A stretch of DNA of 63,346 nt, counting the filler, from Reticulomyxa filosa (Eukaryota; Protista; Foraminifera), in NCBI GenBank assembly GCA_000512085.1. It is 18 parts of 18 records of this genome, joined end to end, with 100 filler letters (N's around TTAATTAATTAA, not from the genome) between each part and the next. Parts side by side here need not be neighbours in the genome. Positions count along the whole stretch, not along the records: positions 39,622 to 43,954 come from ASPP01018585.1; positions 44,055 to 45,370 come from ASPP01050434.1; positions 45,471 to 46,875 come from ASPP01001539.1; positions 46,976 to 49,947 come from ASPP01020077.1; positions 50,048 to 52,273 come from ASPP01043993.1; positions 52,374 to 56,118 come from ASPP01019782.1; 12 more parts are not named here. The stretch is one strand, 5' to 3'. The notes beneath the pieces are model-generated. The model was not told where the DNA came from. It was given only the letters and a program-made list of their open reading frames with translations, and did no database searches. Below are positions 39,873 through 52,724 of this stretch, piece after piece (position 1 is the first letter of the stretch; the number at the start of each line of letters is the position of its first letter). A program made the translations under genes and the position numbers.

Positions 39873-40404
39873 TTTTTTGTGTTTGCATTTAAAAAAAAAG
39901 GTTTGGATGGTTTTTTTTACGTTTGGAGGTTTTGAAAATCAAGTTCCACATTTGAATTTTGCGGCTAACTATAATACCAACAGTTTTTTATCTTCTACAA
40001 AAATATTCCGTACGACATTTGCTCCGGACTATTAAGCATAGAAACGGTTACCCTTTCGTTTCTAATTTTTTTAATGCAGTCATGCAAACACAAAAAAATA
40101 CTGCACGTTGGAGGGAAAAAAAAACTTGAAGAGTTCAAAAAAAAAAAAGGAAAAAATCGACAACCCTGTGAATGACTGAAAAAGAGATAAACATTGAAAA
40201 GAACGGAAAAAAAGCCAAAGAAAAAAATAGAAATAATTTTGACCAAACCCGAAAAACTCTCCCTAAAGAAAAAGAAAACAAAGTTTAAAAAAATACACAA
40301 GCAAATACACCAAAAGATAACAAAAACAAAAGCGTTTTTTTCATTTTTGTTTTAGAAAGCCGGAATATGGTGTTATTTGTGTTGAGTGTGCTTTTGTAAG
40401 TTCG

Positions 40405-41533
40405 TTATGCACTTCCCGAGATTCGCAATACTTTGACTCGCACTTTTTTGTGCAAAATATGTGAGAGCTGGAACTCAACGTCGTTACTCAGTTGTTCCAA
40501 GCTTTTCTTTATTTTGTGTTTGATCGACTCATCACTACTTTCTTCATTCTCGTAAACATCGTCTTTGTATTTGACAATTCGCATTAAAGCGTTTAAATAT
40601 TGTGGCTTTGTGTTAAAGCCGAACTGTGCAATCACTTTCTGAAAAGGACCACCGAATAAAAGTTCTTCGGGTTTATCTTCGTCATCCTCACTCACTCCAT
40701 TGATCTCATCCCCATTTTCTTGATTGCCTTCATCGCTGTCGCTGTCGCTGTCACTGTCACTGTCACTGTCACTGTCACTGTCACTGTCCCTTCACTGTGT
40801 TTATGTCTGTTTCATCAAACAAGCAAAGCCAGTGTTTGCTTTGTTTTATTTTTCAATCCCCATTCTCTCATTTTCCACATATACAACGCAATTAACCTTT
40901 GTCTGGTATATACGTTTCTCTGACACGAGGCCAACACTTGTGTTGAGTCTAAATTCAATGTTAGTGCCAATACATTCTCCAAAGCAGAGAATCGTGCTTG
41001 CAAGCCTCGGCAATAGTCAGCAAAGTTCACTCCCCACACTTGTATTACCAAGTCTATATCGTCTGTGTTTTTTTTTTTTTTAAATAGGCATGAAGCCATT
41101 GGGGAAGAGGGAGGGAAAAAACAAAAACAAAAACGGCGATTGTCATTATTGGTACACATTAGCGGTCACAACAAACAATAGATTATTTACAGAGGAAGTT
41201 GACAGCTGTCTGTTGATGGGCAGTGGTCGTAGTCAAACTATGAGGGCCAGCTGTAGTCGTGGTCGTAGTTGTGGTCGTAGTCGTAGTTGTAGTCAAACTA
41301 TGAGAGCCAGTTGTGAGCGTGGTCGTGGTTGAGCTTTGCGATACTGGCGTGGTCGTAATAGTCGAGTCTTGTGGTGCTGTCGTCGATGTTGTCACTGTTT
41401 ATATATTGTTTGTGATGTGTTTCAACGTTCAAATAGTGCTTTATTATTTGTATCACAAGGAAAAAATAAAAATGGATTGAATAGTGCTCGGGGTGTACTT
41501 AAAAAAAAAAAGGGGTTTGAATAATTAAGGAAG

Positions 41534-41571
<38 letters not shown>

Positions 41572-42043
41572 GTCGACTAAACTAGCACCATTTCGAACTT
41601 GATCAATAATATCCTGTCTTTCATCTTCTCCATTCACACAATCGATTTCCCCGTTCCCTACCGTGTGTGTTTCAATGCAACGACCGGTGTCACTGCACTG
41701 ATACCAATAGGTTAAGTTTTTGTTTCCTTCGCATCCTGAGGTAGCAAACACATTATGAATGAATTTTTATATTATTTGTTACGCAAACGCGTTTCAATAA
41801 CAACAACAACAACAAATATGTATGTATTATATATGTACATATACATAAATATGTATAATAATATAATGATAACTGGAAACATCACAGTATTCTCTGCCTT
41901 CGTCTTCGCCTGAGGGACAGTCCCATATGCCATCACATTTCCAATCTTCCTGAATGCACACCCATGTCTCATTGGTTTCAGGTTCCAACGAGTTCGTGCA
42001 TATAAATCCGCCGTTCTGTTGGCACCCTTTTGGTTATTTTAAT

Positions 42044-42076
<33 letters not shown>

Positions 42077-42422
42077 GAGAAAAAAAAAAGAAAGCATGTT
42101 TTTTTTTTTGCAGTTCCACAAATTACCTTCAAACGACGGGCAGTTCCATTGATCGTCACACCACGGACAATCGCAAGCCTCCTTTGCATCGCATCTTTGG
42201 CTCTTATCCGTGCAAAGGGAGTGATTGAAATGTATAATGCCATTTGTGTCCCAGCACTGATATTGCGTCATTGGACTAATACATGGCTCGGTGCCTTAAC
42301 AGAAACAATAAAAACACAACACAATATACTATTCCAAACTTTTCCGACGACCTTGGGACAATTTCAATTTTACCTGAAGAAAGGGAGAACAGCTCATACA
42401 ATGCAAACAAGTAAAACAGCAT
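40405..42422 (-). CDS. Secreted protein with LDL-receptor class A repeats, Thr-rich mucin stalk and acidic (DS)n region; multi-exon
   Basis: Signal peptide MLFYLFALYELFSLSSG; repeats QRCDAKEACDCPWCDDQWNC, CIQEDWKCDGIWDCPSGEDE and CIETHTVGNGEIDCVNGEDE; poly-Thr at 41200-41395. Confidence 0.75.
40735..40787. repeat. Hexanucleotide (GTCACT/GTCGCT)n microsatellite, reads (DS)n on the minus strand
   Basis: Directly visible tandem repeat. Confidence 0.9.
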
Positions 42423-43322
42423 TTGCTATATGATAACGTTTATTAAATTAGTCAATTACTAATCCACAAAAACAAAAGGAAGAAAGTTAGAGCTCAAAGG
42501 AGGCCAAGCAGCCAATTTGGAACATCATGTTCAAAAGAAAAACATCAAAATAAAATATTATTATTTTCTTTCGTTGCATGATTGAAGTTTCATGTTTTTG
42601 TTTTGTTCTAGACTTTTTTTATTTTTGTTGTTTAAAGAAATTGGACAAATTATGAAAGTGGATAATGTATGCACCTTTTAATATTCATTGGCTATGTCTT
42701 ATCATTCAACAGTAAATGAACGAAACTTGTGCAATTATTCACATTTTTCTTTTTTTTTAAAGTTGTTCGTCTTTAAAACCTTTAAGATTTTTTTATTTTT
42801 ATAAGCAAAAGTTAGTAGATTAATGTTCTGTCTTCTTTTTTTCGAGCTAATTTTGCAAACCTTATCCAAAAGGACATATAGTGCACAAAACATATTAATT
42901 TACAACGATTTACAACAAAGAGATATTTATTTATAATGGTGTAATATTTGTTATTTTGCTTTTTGTCGGCAATTTGGATATAGAATTTTTTAAAAAATAC
43001 ACTATCTTATATACACAATATTTATTTACGAATATTTTTGACACTTTTACATTTTCAACGTGTCCATATTAATTTTCATGTACTTTTTTTTTTCCAACAT
43101 TTAATATAATTTATATTTGTAATGCTCAAGTCAGTTTTTTTAAAAATTTCAAAAGAGCTAACTTTTGGTATATCAGTGCACTTACTTCAGTATTCTGAAA
43201 TGTCCTATCAACAAATAGAAACTATCACTACATAGTAGGAGCGACAAGAAAGAATTTTTTTCATTATAAAGTTGAAAATCTTTTTTATTGCTTCGATATT
43301 GTCTCTCGAGTGAAGGAATTAA

Positions 43323-43903
43323 ATGTCAGAACAACAAGAACAAGTTGCAAATGATCAAGTATGGATTAAAACAAACTCAAAAAAGTTCTCGCCCTAGTAA
43401 CAACTTAAAAAAAGAGGAAGGGGGGTGAAAAAAGTGCATAGTATTTTCCCCTCCTTTCCCCTCATCAAACATGCAAAAAAAAAAAAAAACAACTTTGAAA
43501 AAGCAAGGATCATCAGAACAAAAGCAAGAGCAGAACAAAGAAACAAAAGAGAAAGCAACAGGAGAAGAAGAAGAAGAAGAAGAAGAAGCAAGTCGCAAAA
43601 AGGAAAGACGACAATTGGAGACTCGTTTGATGCGATCATCGGAAGCGTCGAGAAGAGTGCTGTTAGCAAAGGAGTTGAACTCGCACTCGGAGTGGTTGAA
43701 GCAGCGTCTGAAGGAGATGTTTTTGAAGTTCGACAAGGATCAGAACGATCGAATTGACGCCACGGAGTTTGAAATGGCCGTGCGAGAGCTTATTCCCGAA
43801 TGCGATCAAGAAATGATTGACGAATTATTTCAGTCTTTCGACACGGACAAATCAGGAGACATTGACTACAATGAAATGCTTAACTCGCAAGAGTTTGTAC
43901 AAG
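43323..43903 (+). CDS. EF-hand calcium-binding protein, 3' truncated
   Basis: EF loops DKDQNDRIDATE and DTDKSGDIDYNE; short first exon MSEQQEQVANDQ followed by a GT donor. Confidence 0.88.
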
Positions 43904-44054
43904 TTTGTAACAAACAATTTTTTTTTTTTTTTTTTTTTTTTTGTTATTGTTTTTNNNNNNNNNNNNNNNNNNNNNNNNNNNNNNNNNNNNNNNNNNNNTT
44001 AATTAATTAANNNNNNNNNNNNNNNNNNNNNNNNNNNNNNNNNNNNNNNNNNNN

Positions 44055-44315
44055 TCCTGCTACTCCAAGTCCTGGATTAGGTTTGCAACTTTCATACGTG
44101 AATATCAAGATTGTCTTTTCATCTAACATGTTCAATATCTCTTCTTGTGTTGGTTCAATCTATTTCTCGGATGGATACTTGATTGAGTGGAACAATTTTG
44201 CGATTTGCATTGCAATTTGCTTTGGTATTTCATAACACCAAAAATATTGCACATTGCTACTCTTTGGATTCTCTTTAGTCTTCTTGTGCTCCATTCCAGA
44301 ATGCAAAGGAATATT
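44055..44315 (-). mobile_element. Degenerate LINE fragment with start of RNase H domain
   Basis: AFWNGA..KRIQRVAMC (same family as 25280-25635), then IEPTQEEILNMLDEKTILIFTYESCKPNPGLGVAG, a decayed IFTDGSCxxNPGxGGAG RNase H motif. Confidence 0.75.
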
Positions 44316-46975
44316 TTCTTTTAAGATGGGGGCATATCAAGTGTTTGGCTCTATCTTGCTTCATCATCAACTTGAACTGCTTTTGCACAACTAGGGTCTT
44401 TCAAGTTAAAAGAGCACATCATAAAAGATTGAACACAATACTAAAAAAGAAACACAAAAGACAAAAGAAAGGCACACTAAATCTTATAATGACCAGAAGG
44501 TCCATGCAAAATAATTAACAGAAAAAACAATAAGTTATTTCAATTTAAATTGAGATTTGTCTTGACAATTGTTCAAATACTTACTTGGTATCGATTGCGA
44601 ACTTGGCTGTTGCTTTCAAAACTTTGATCTTAATATCCGGTTTCCGCGATTGATCCACAATGATGAATTGTTTCATTGACAGGGACAATATATTAATATC
44701 TGGAAGCAATTCTTGGACATTTGTCAACTAATTGCGACGTAGTTCAATGTACCGCAAACATTTAATTAGGAAATGCTGGACAGTATCTTTTCTTCAAACT
44801 AAATACAATCAGAGAATCTGATCTTTGGATGTTAAACAAATAATTATTCAATCTAGTAACAACGGCAGATGATCTTGCGCTAGCATCAATCAGATTAGAC
44901 AGGAAATATCGTGGTGTGTGTTTGGAATATCAGCTCCTTCGCAAATCAAATGTATGTTCCATTGCTCTGATTAAATCTATGATTATTCAGGAACGTTGAT
45001 CTATGTTGTTGAACCAAATATGGCTGCAATTACTGGGCTTTCTTGCGAGCATTATTTCAACAAGATCCACTCACCGTTTCCAGGAATATCACTATTCCAC
45101 AATTGGATCTGTAATCCTAATGCTTCAATATCTGCTCCAATGTTTATTGTGATTGGATATTCCAACTTCATCATAGTGACTAGATTGTCTGTCACGTAAT
45201 CAAAGAACAGTGAATTAAGTCGCAATTGGTGGAAAAGGTCTACAAAATTGTTAAAATTCACTCACAATCAACACAACAAGCAAAAATATCAATTTAAAGT
45301 CTTAATTAAATTTAAAATATCAAAAGAGCAAAGTAAATTTCAAAAGTTAAAGATTGAGATCAATCAACGGNNNNNNNNNNNNNNNNNNNNNNNNNNNNNN
45401 NNNNNNNNNNNNNNTTAATTAATTAANNNNNNNNNNNNNNNNNNNNNNNNNNNNNNNNNNNNNNNNNNNNTCTTTTATGGGGCATTTTCACAAAATCACA
45501 GTGTTTGAATAAACATGTGTTACTTGCGAATGCATTAATATTATAAAAAAATAGAAAGATGTCCCATGAAAATAAACATTACAATTGACTTTCCACAAGG
45601 AAAGAAAAAACACTAATACAGGTAGGACAAAAGTCTTGACACACCAAAATGGCACCTTATGAAGATGATCAATTTTCTGAGTCAAAAATTGGCATTTTTT
45701 CAAAATTTTTAAAAAATATCTACACATCTTCAATGTATTTATTCTTTCTTTATATAGTTCATGAAAAATATGATTACATTATCTTGTAAAAATTAAATAT
45801 TGATAATTTGAAATACACATAAAAAAATTATGTATTAATATTAATTCGCGTAAAATATGTTGAATTTTTCACCAGATGAATAAAGATTTAAACAGAAAAA
45901 CGATCTGAATTTTTTTTTAATTATCAAATGATAAATAAACTTTTTTTAATGTATTGATTTTTGTTTTTTCAAGTAATCGATTGGATATCTTGTTTGGCAT
46001 GATAATTTAGGTTATTATCTGTGCCTTTTGAACGAATTGTTGTTGTATTTAATTATTTGATTATCTGATTATCTAATTTGATTGTTTTTGTGGATGCAAA
46101 AAATATATAAACAATCATAAAGTGTTTTGTTTTGGATTGTATCAATTTAATTAATAAGGAAACTTTTTACGATAAGTACTGTTTAGGGGGGAGATGTTTT
46201 TTTTTGCCTGCAGACAACAATTCTTGTACTCGTCTTACCTTTTGGTAGCATCAAGCAGTATACAAGCAGATAAGCGCTAGCATGTCAACTAAGTCAAAAG
46301 TGGAATCTACAGCAAAACACAAGAAAAAATGAGTATAGCATTTTTTCATTACGACACTCGTATGCAAATGACTCAAGAATAGAAAAGTTCTTTCAATGAA
46401 TTGATTAATATCGTTAACGGATTACATAATGTTTTAATGGTCCATGTACTTGTGGAAGTAAAACACCATCTACTTCTTTTTTTTAAAATAAAAAAATTAC
46501 GATTTCTGCAACATAATACCAAAAAAAATGCATATGTGTATTTTACACTTTCAAATTTAAATTTTTCATCATTCAAAAATCCATTTGATCCATTGATATA
46601 ACATTTGTGATTTTGTAAAAGTAATGCAATGTCTTTTAGACTTTTCTGGTCTTCATTCATTTATTTAACGCTGTCTCTAAATAGGCAAAGAGTATCATAT
46701 GTGTGTGTTTGCACAACTACAAAAAACATTTTGAAACCAAAAATAATAAGATCCTGTGGGGAAATGGTTAGTAAGCACTGGTACCACACTGACATTCAAA
46801 TACAGTATATTACAAAAAAAACTGACATACTTAAATTGCACTATATGAAGAGAATCGATTTTCTCCATGAAAAATNNNNNNNNNNNNNNNNNNNNNNNNN
46901 NNNNNNNNNNNNNNNNNNNTTAATTAATTAANNNNNNNNNNNNNNNNNNNNNNNNNNNNNNNNNNNNNNNNNNNN

Positions 46976-47068
46976 GTATGTTTATGTATACGTATGTGTA
47001 TGTATATTTATGTATACGTATGTTTATGTATACGTATGTGTATGTATGTTTATGTATACGTATGTGTA
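46976..47068. repeat. Intronic (GTAT/GTATAC)-rich tandem repeat
   Basis: Repeated gtatgtttatgtatacgtatgt units. Confidence 0.8.
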
Positions 47069-47771
47069 AAGATGATTTCAAAAGAGCCCCTGCTCCTGTT
47101 ACTTCGAGTAGTAGTAATAGCAACAATCTCAATCGAAACAATGTAGCAAATACTCGCGCCAACAATGTTAGTTCAAACTTAACCAGAACTGTTTCTCAAG
47201 GAGGTTCGTTTGATTCACTTTTTTTTTTTTTTTTTTTTGAGTGTGAAGTGAAGGAAGGAGGGACTCGTTATGTGGTGTTGCCTTGTCTAATTGGACGTGA
47301 AATAGTAAGCTGCGCAAAAAATCACCCGCTGTATCGCACAAGCATTTCAGGCATCGGGTTTTGTGACGTATGTCGAGGTATCACGGATTCCGTGATTCAT
47401 AATTGCCGGCCATGCAATTACGACATGTGCGATTCTTGCTACAAAAAAAAAACTGGCTCCAATTTTAACACTTTTACCAATACCAGTTCTTATATATATA
47501 TATACAAATATATGTATATGTATATATTCATAAATAGTTAGCTTGTATGTGAAGTAGTAGTTTGGCTGCTGTTTTACAAAATAAAGTTGTTGCACTGCAA
47601 ATAGGGAGATGTGCCAGTCATGAAATCGAACAGTCATCACTAGTGCGTGGCCGTGCAAAATGTGAATTTTGTGAAAGATCAGATCTAGATGCCTCTGCAA
47701 TGTATCATTGCAAAAAATGTCCTTTGGTTGTATGTCCGGCGTGTGTCTTAATCAAACTCATTACTCAGTAG
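47069..47771 (+). CDS. Cys/His-rich zinc-binding (C1/ZZ-like) domain protein, 3' part
   Basis: CAKNHPL...CDVC...HNCRPCNYDMCDSC and CASH...CEFC...YHCKKCPLVVCPAC, separated by introns. Confidence 0.6.
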
Positions 47772-48316
47772 TTTTTGTTTAATGTCCTTTATTATTTTTT
47801 TTTTTGGCTGTTTTACAGTTATTGGTCGCTAATTTTTCTTTGTTTATTTTTCTATGCAAAAAAAAAAAGTTGTAAAAATTTTGTCCAAAAAAATCACTTT
47901 TTGCAAAAATCAAATATTTTAGCAACCACTAATCAAATACATTTAGGAAGAAAACGAAGGAAGTATAATACAAAAATAATTCAACAGCTGTTTTGCTTTT
48001 TCGTTCGTCTTGGTTATTTGCTTTTTTTGTATGAAATATTTCCAGAAAAAAAAGCTTCTCCTCAAGATTTTTTATAAGCAGTAATAAAATGAACCAAAAA
48101 GTTTACAAAAAGCAAGAGATTTGAAAAAACGTAATTCATTGTCAATCAGGTTGTTGAGATATTTCTTTGGTTGAAATCATAAATAATCTATTTCTGTGAA
48201 AATATTGTCATAAACAAGAAACACGCCTTCATTTATAAGTGACTAACAAAAGACGCCACCAAGTGGTGACCAAGGAGACGACAACAAAAACTCAAAGATT
48301 TGAGAGTAAGTCAAAC

Positions 48317-49905
48317 ATGTCCTATTCAGACCAGGAGCAATTGAAAGCATTCTTGGGTAGTATAAATCCCTCCTTTGTTCAATATGCCCAGAAGTTGATA
48401 GATAATGGGCTGTCAGGGAGTGAAGACTTTCAGATAATGCAAGAAAGGGACTACGAGTATCTTGGCATCCCACTTTTTCACTGGCGCAAGATATTAGAAA
48501 AAGCAAGAAATGTCCAAGTTTTGAAAAATTTGGAGCAAAAACAAAACTTAAAAAAAAGAAAAAAGATGGCACTAAAAAAAAATGGATAAAAAAGACAAAG
48601 ACAGCAACGCCAATAGAAGAAGACTCAGCATTGAAAGAAGGAGATGAAATATCTGAGCTTAGCAAAAAAAAATCGACAAGTAAAGCAAATTTAGAAAATA
48701 CGGAAGGTGTAAAGATAACAGCGGATGCAAATGGAGCTGCAAAAGAAAAAGGATCGAAAGTAGCAAGTTGGACGGAGGGAGAAGTAGGATTATGGGTGAA
48801 AGCATTACAAAATGGCAAATATTGCAAGTATGCAACCAACTTTGAGACAATGCATATCGACGGTGCACATTTGTTAACCTTCACAAGTGCCGATGACTTG
48901 GCGGACATTGTCCCTGACAGTACTGATCGCAGTTTCATTTTCGAGTCCATTGGACATTTGCAAGTTCATTTTTTTTTTTTTTTTTTTCAATTTTATTGCC
49001 ATTTGTCACTATCGTCCTAAAAAAAAAAAAAAAAAAGGATGGAACAGTGTCATTGATTCAAGACACGTTAGATAAAGAAAGTGAAAAGGAGTCAATCAAC
49101 GAAAGTGGTTCGCGAACAGGGGGAGATGTATCAGCATCAGTCCCTCGATCGCAAGAAGTGGGAGGGGGAAAAGGAGGAGGAGGAGGAGGAGAGATGCAAG
49201 AGTCATCTTTGCCATGGGCACCAGTACCCCCTTCGGCAGAGGCCACAGGCTTCCGAGTGTCCAGACAAAACCTCGTTGCTAAGCCGAAAGATGACAGCTA
49301 CGTCAAGCAAAGAGTGATCAAATTCTTTGAAATTTATGACCCCTCCAAATTGGATGATCCATGTATGCAATTATATATATATATATATATATAATAAAAT
49401 GCATTGCAAGTGTATGTACGTATTGTTTGCATGGTTTTTTTTTTTTTTTTTTTTGCATGTGGGAAACGGGACAGCTGAAGTGGATAAACTTATATCAACG
49501 TATCGCGGACGTGAAGAGGACTTGTTTTCGGAATTGGAAAGCAAGTACGTGTTGAATGGTCCAAAGGCAAGTTACACACGCAAGCAATTGAACCGTTCGT
49601 TTGACAACCGCACCGACGTGGTGCTGCACGAGCTGAGTCGATTGTACCAGCAGTACACGCGACATATCGAAGAGGCGTACAGCTTCCCCGCCTTTCATTC
49701 GCCTTTGTTGGACGCCGTGGACTTCATGGCCAAGCCAATGGTGCTGTTGGTCGGACAATACTCCACAGGGAAAACCACTTTCATTCGCTATCTCGTCGGT
49801 CGCGACTTCCCTGGCATGTCCATCGGACCGGAGCCCACCACCGATTGCTTCTCCGCCGTTATGAATGGCATTGAAGAAAAGCTCATCCCGGGGCACTCTG
49901 CTTCC
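48317..49905 (+). CDS. EH-domain-containing (EHD/RME-1) dynamin-like ATPase with two N-terminal SAM domains, 3' truncated
   Basis: EHD N-terminus and P-loop: LYQQYTRHIEEAYSFPAFHSPLLDAVDFMAKPMVLLVGQYSTGKTTFIRYL..RDFPGMSIGPEPTTD. Upstream SAM-like units LKAFLGSINPSFVQYAQKLIDNG...LGIPLFHWRKIL and VASWTEGEVGLWV...YATNFETMHIDGAHLL. Confidence 0.75.
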
Positions 49906-49910
49906 AGTTC

Positions 49911-49947
<37 letters not shown>

Positions 49948-51359
49948 NNNNNNNNNNNNNNNNNNNNNNNNNNNNNNNNNNNNNNNNNNNNTTAATTAAT
50001 TAANNNNNNNNNNNNNNNNNNNNNNNNNNNNNNNNNNNNNNNNNNNNTCTCTGCTATGTTTCTCTAGTTTAAGAATTAATAAGTGACAGGATATTCCAGT
50101 TTATTAAAACTACCTAAATACCTTATTTCTATTAGATCTATGGTGTTAGAATTGAAAACGCAAGATCATGTGTTAAAGAACTCAAGTTGAAAAGCCAAAA
50201 AGTTTTCTTTTCTCACCGTCTATATGAAAGGCTTCAATGAATGACAATTCAACTACTATTATGTCAAATCAAAGCACTAAAACAACTTTTACTTCTACTA
50301 ATGGAGATGCACCTCCAAGGAGAATAAAATTTTTTTTTTTTTTTTAAAAAGAAATGTTGAATAATGTGGATGGGTGATAGTTTGATACAACCCATGCGCA
50401 CGTCACACCATCGCATATAACATTGAAAGATAGTGGCGAGATAAATTTAAAGAAAGACACAAGGAAACATGTTCCCAAAAATAGCGACAAAAACGCGTCC
50501 GATGAGAAGACAAAGCAGGACAAAGGAACGAGCGAGAGCGATGAACACAAGCGTGTAGTTATCCGAAAGAGGTTGGACTATTGGGACACTACGTGGTGAC
50601 ACGCGAGACGAAAGAGTCGTACGCGTTGTTGATATCATTTGGAGGACGACTGTCACACACATTGTTAATGCAATACAAGAGTGTGTGCATACCAATGACA
50701 TGAATGATATGAATGGAAAGTGGACAAAAGAGAATAGAAAGTGTCGGGGTGCATTAAGAGGTAAAACAAGGATTTGTTTGTGGCGCAATATCCGAGCAAG
50801 ATCGACTTGGTCCTCGTGAGTACACGTGAGTGTACATTGAAATGCATATTCCACTTTTCTCTGCCGACGGCGGTAACAGCAGTCGCGAGAACAGCACGCA
50901 TAACAATAGCGACAATGAAAAGAGCCAAGGCAACGGATGCGACGAAAGCAGGTTTTTGTATATCGATAAAAAAAAAAGCATACTTTGGTATGGTACAATG
51001 AAGTGGCGATAGACGATTCATTCAAGCCCATAGCAACTACTCGTACATACATTGCCAAGGCTTGATCCTCTGTCTTTGGAGGCTATCCTTTTTACCGATC
51101 CATTCAAGTCTTCTCCATCGCACACAACATGTGGAATGCATGTTCCAAGCGCTTGTCTATCCCTTTCATCAACTAATCGTGTTGCAGTTGTCCATGTCAT
51201 TGGAGGATTCGATACCAAATGCAATCAACAATTGACGCGTTATCAAGTATCCATTCATCACTTGCTCCAAGGCATCTCCATTGAATTGTCTTCCTCCTCC
51301 TCCTCCTCCTCTTTGCGACACTCACGTGACAACGACAATGAACAAAAACCTTTACAGTA

Positions 51360-52246
51360 TCTCAAACAGCTGTTTGAAAAAAAACAAATCGACGAAGAAC
51401 ATGGCCGCCAAAATCGTCCATCTCATGAAGAGAGTCCATCTAGACAAGAACAAAATACTCATGCGCCAGGAGGACTTCATTCAACAAGACAAGTTTGACA
51501 TCTTTGTCGACACCGATCGCGATCGCAAAAAAGTCGGATAGGCCGTCGCAGGGGACGCCGTTGGCGAATACTCACTGCTCTATCACACTCCTCGCACCGC
51601 CACGCTCATCGCCGTCGAGCCCTCAGTCGTATGGAGGCTCAAAGTGCACGGCTTCCATCGCATTCGAGAGCAAATGGTACAATGCAATGTCTCCAGATTC
51701 ATCCAACGCACCAAATTTTTACAAAAAATACCACTCTTTGGTTAAATACATATATATGCATATATATAAAAGGGATCGGTGGTGGCGGAAATCCAACGAA
51801 GAAACAATCGAGACTAAGCCTGACGATGGAACTGTAGGAATACAAAACAGACAGAAAGTCGTGTAAGTCGATAGATGAGCGACTGATAATAAGCGCCCGT
51901 GCAAAGAAGGACAAGACGAAAGTACTGCGGATCACGTACGACGATTTCTGGTTTTTGATGGCGTTGCATGGGTCTTTCGTCAACGGCATCGAGGACGTGT
52001 TGGAAGCGCGCTTGCCGTCGATGTTCGAAAACAATGTATCTTTTTCTTTGGACGACTTGTTTGTCATCAGCGTCGTCGGACGAGGGTCCTTTGAAAGGTG
52101 TCACTCATCCAATACCCGCAAACCAAGCAACACTTTTCTTTGAAACAAGTGTCCAAACGCCAGATCCTGCGCACGCAACAAACCGAACACATTGTCAATA
52201 AAAAGCGTGTCATGAGTCTACTGGACCCTTTTTTGCGTGCAATGGT
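51360..52246 (+). pseudogene. cGMP-dependent protein kinase (PKG)-like pseudogene
   Basis: cNMP domain GDAVGEYSLLYHTPRTATLIAVEPSVVWRL with an in-frame TAG at ~51539; kinase start LDDLFVISVVGRGSF...(frameshift) LKQVSKRQILRTQQTEHIVNKKRVMSLLDPF. Confidence 0.7.
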
Positions 52247-52373
52247 TTCGTTTATATCTTTTATATATATTTANNNNNNNNNNNNNNNNNNNNNNNNNNN
52301 NNNNNNNNNNNNNNNNNTTAATTAATTAANNNNNNNNNNNNNNNNNNNNNNNNNNNNNNNNNNNNNNNNNNNN

Positions 52374-52724
52374 TTTTTCTTTCTCTTTCTCTTTTTCCTT
52401 TTCTTTTTCTTTTTCCTTCTCTTTTTCCTTTTCTTTTTCTTTTCCTTTTGTTTTATCACCTTTTTCATTTTTTTCTGCCTTTTCATTTTTTTCTGTCTTT
52501 TCATTTTTTTCAGTCTTTTCGGTCTTGGACTGTCTCTCTTTTTCCGTTTTATTCGATCCATTTTCCGTGCTAGTTGGTGACAATACAGCACTTGCCTGTT
52601 CTTGAGTGATTGGCTTCAGCTCTTTGTTTTTTTTTACAAAGGCCACCAGTGTGGCTGCGTCTTTTGGCTTTTTGTTGTGTTGTTCTTCATAGGCTTTCAA
52701 AGCTTTACTTGCAGCATCTGCCAT
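52374..52724 (-). CDS. Hypothetical protein with (EK)n tract, 3' truncated
   Basis: MADAASKALKAYEEQHNKKPKDAATLVAFVKK..., then EKNEKT and KEKE repeats. Confidence 0.6.

Noticed and set aside
51530-51545. Stop-codon reassignment or readthrough suggested by an in-frame TAG
   Set aside because: Intact genes here end at standard stops and have no internal ones; this locus also has frameshifts, so it is a pseudogene.
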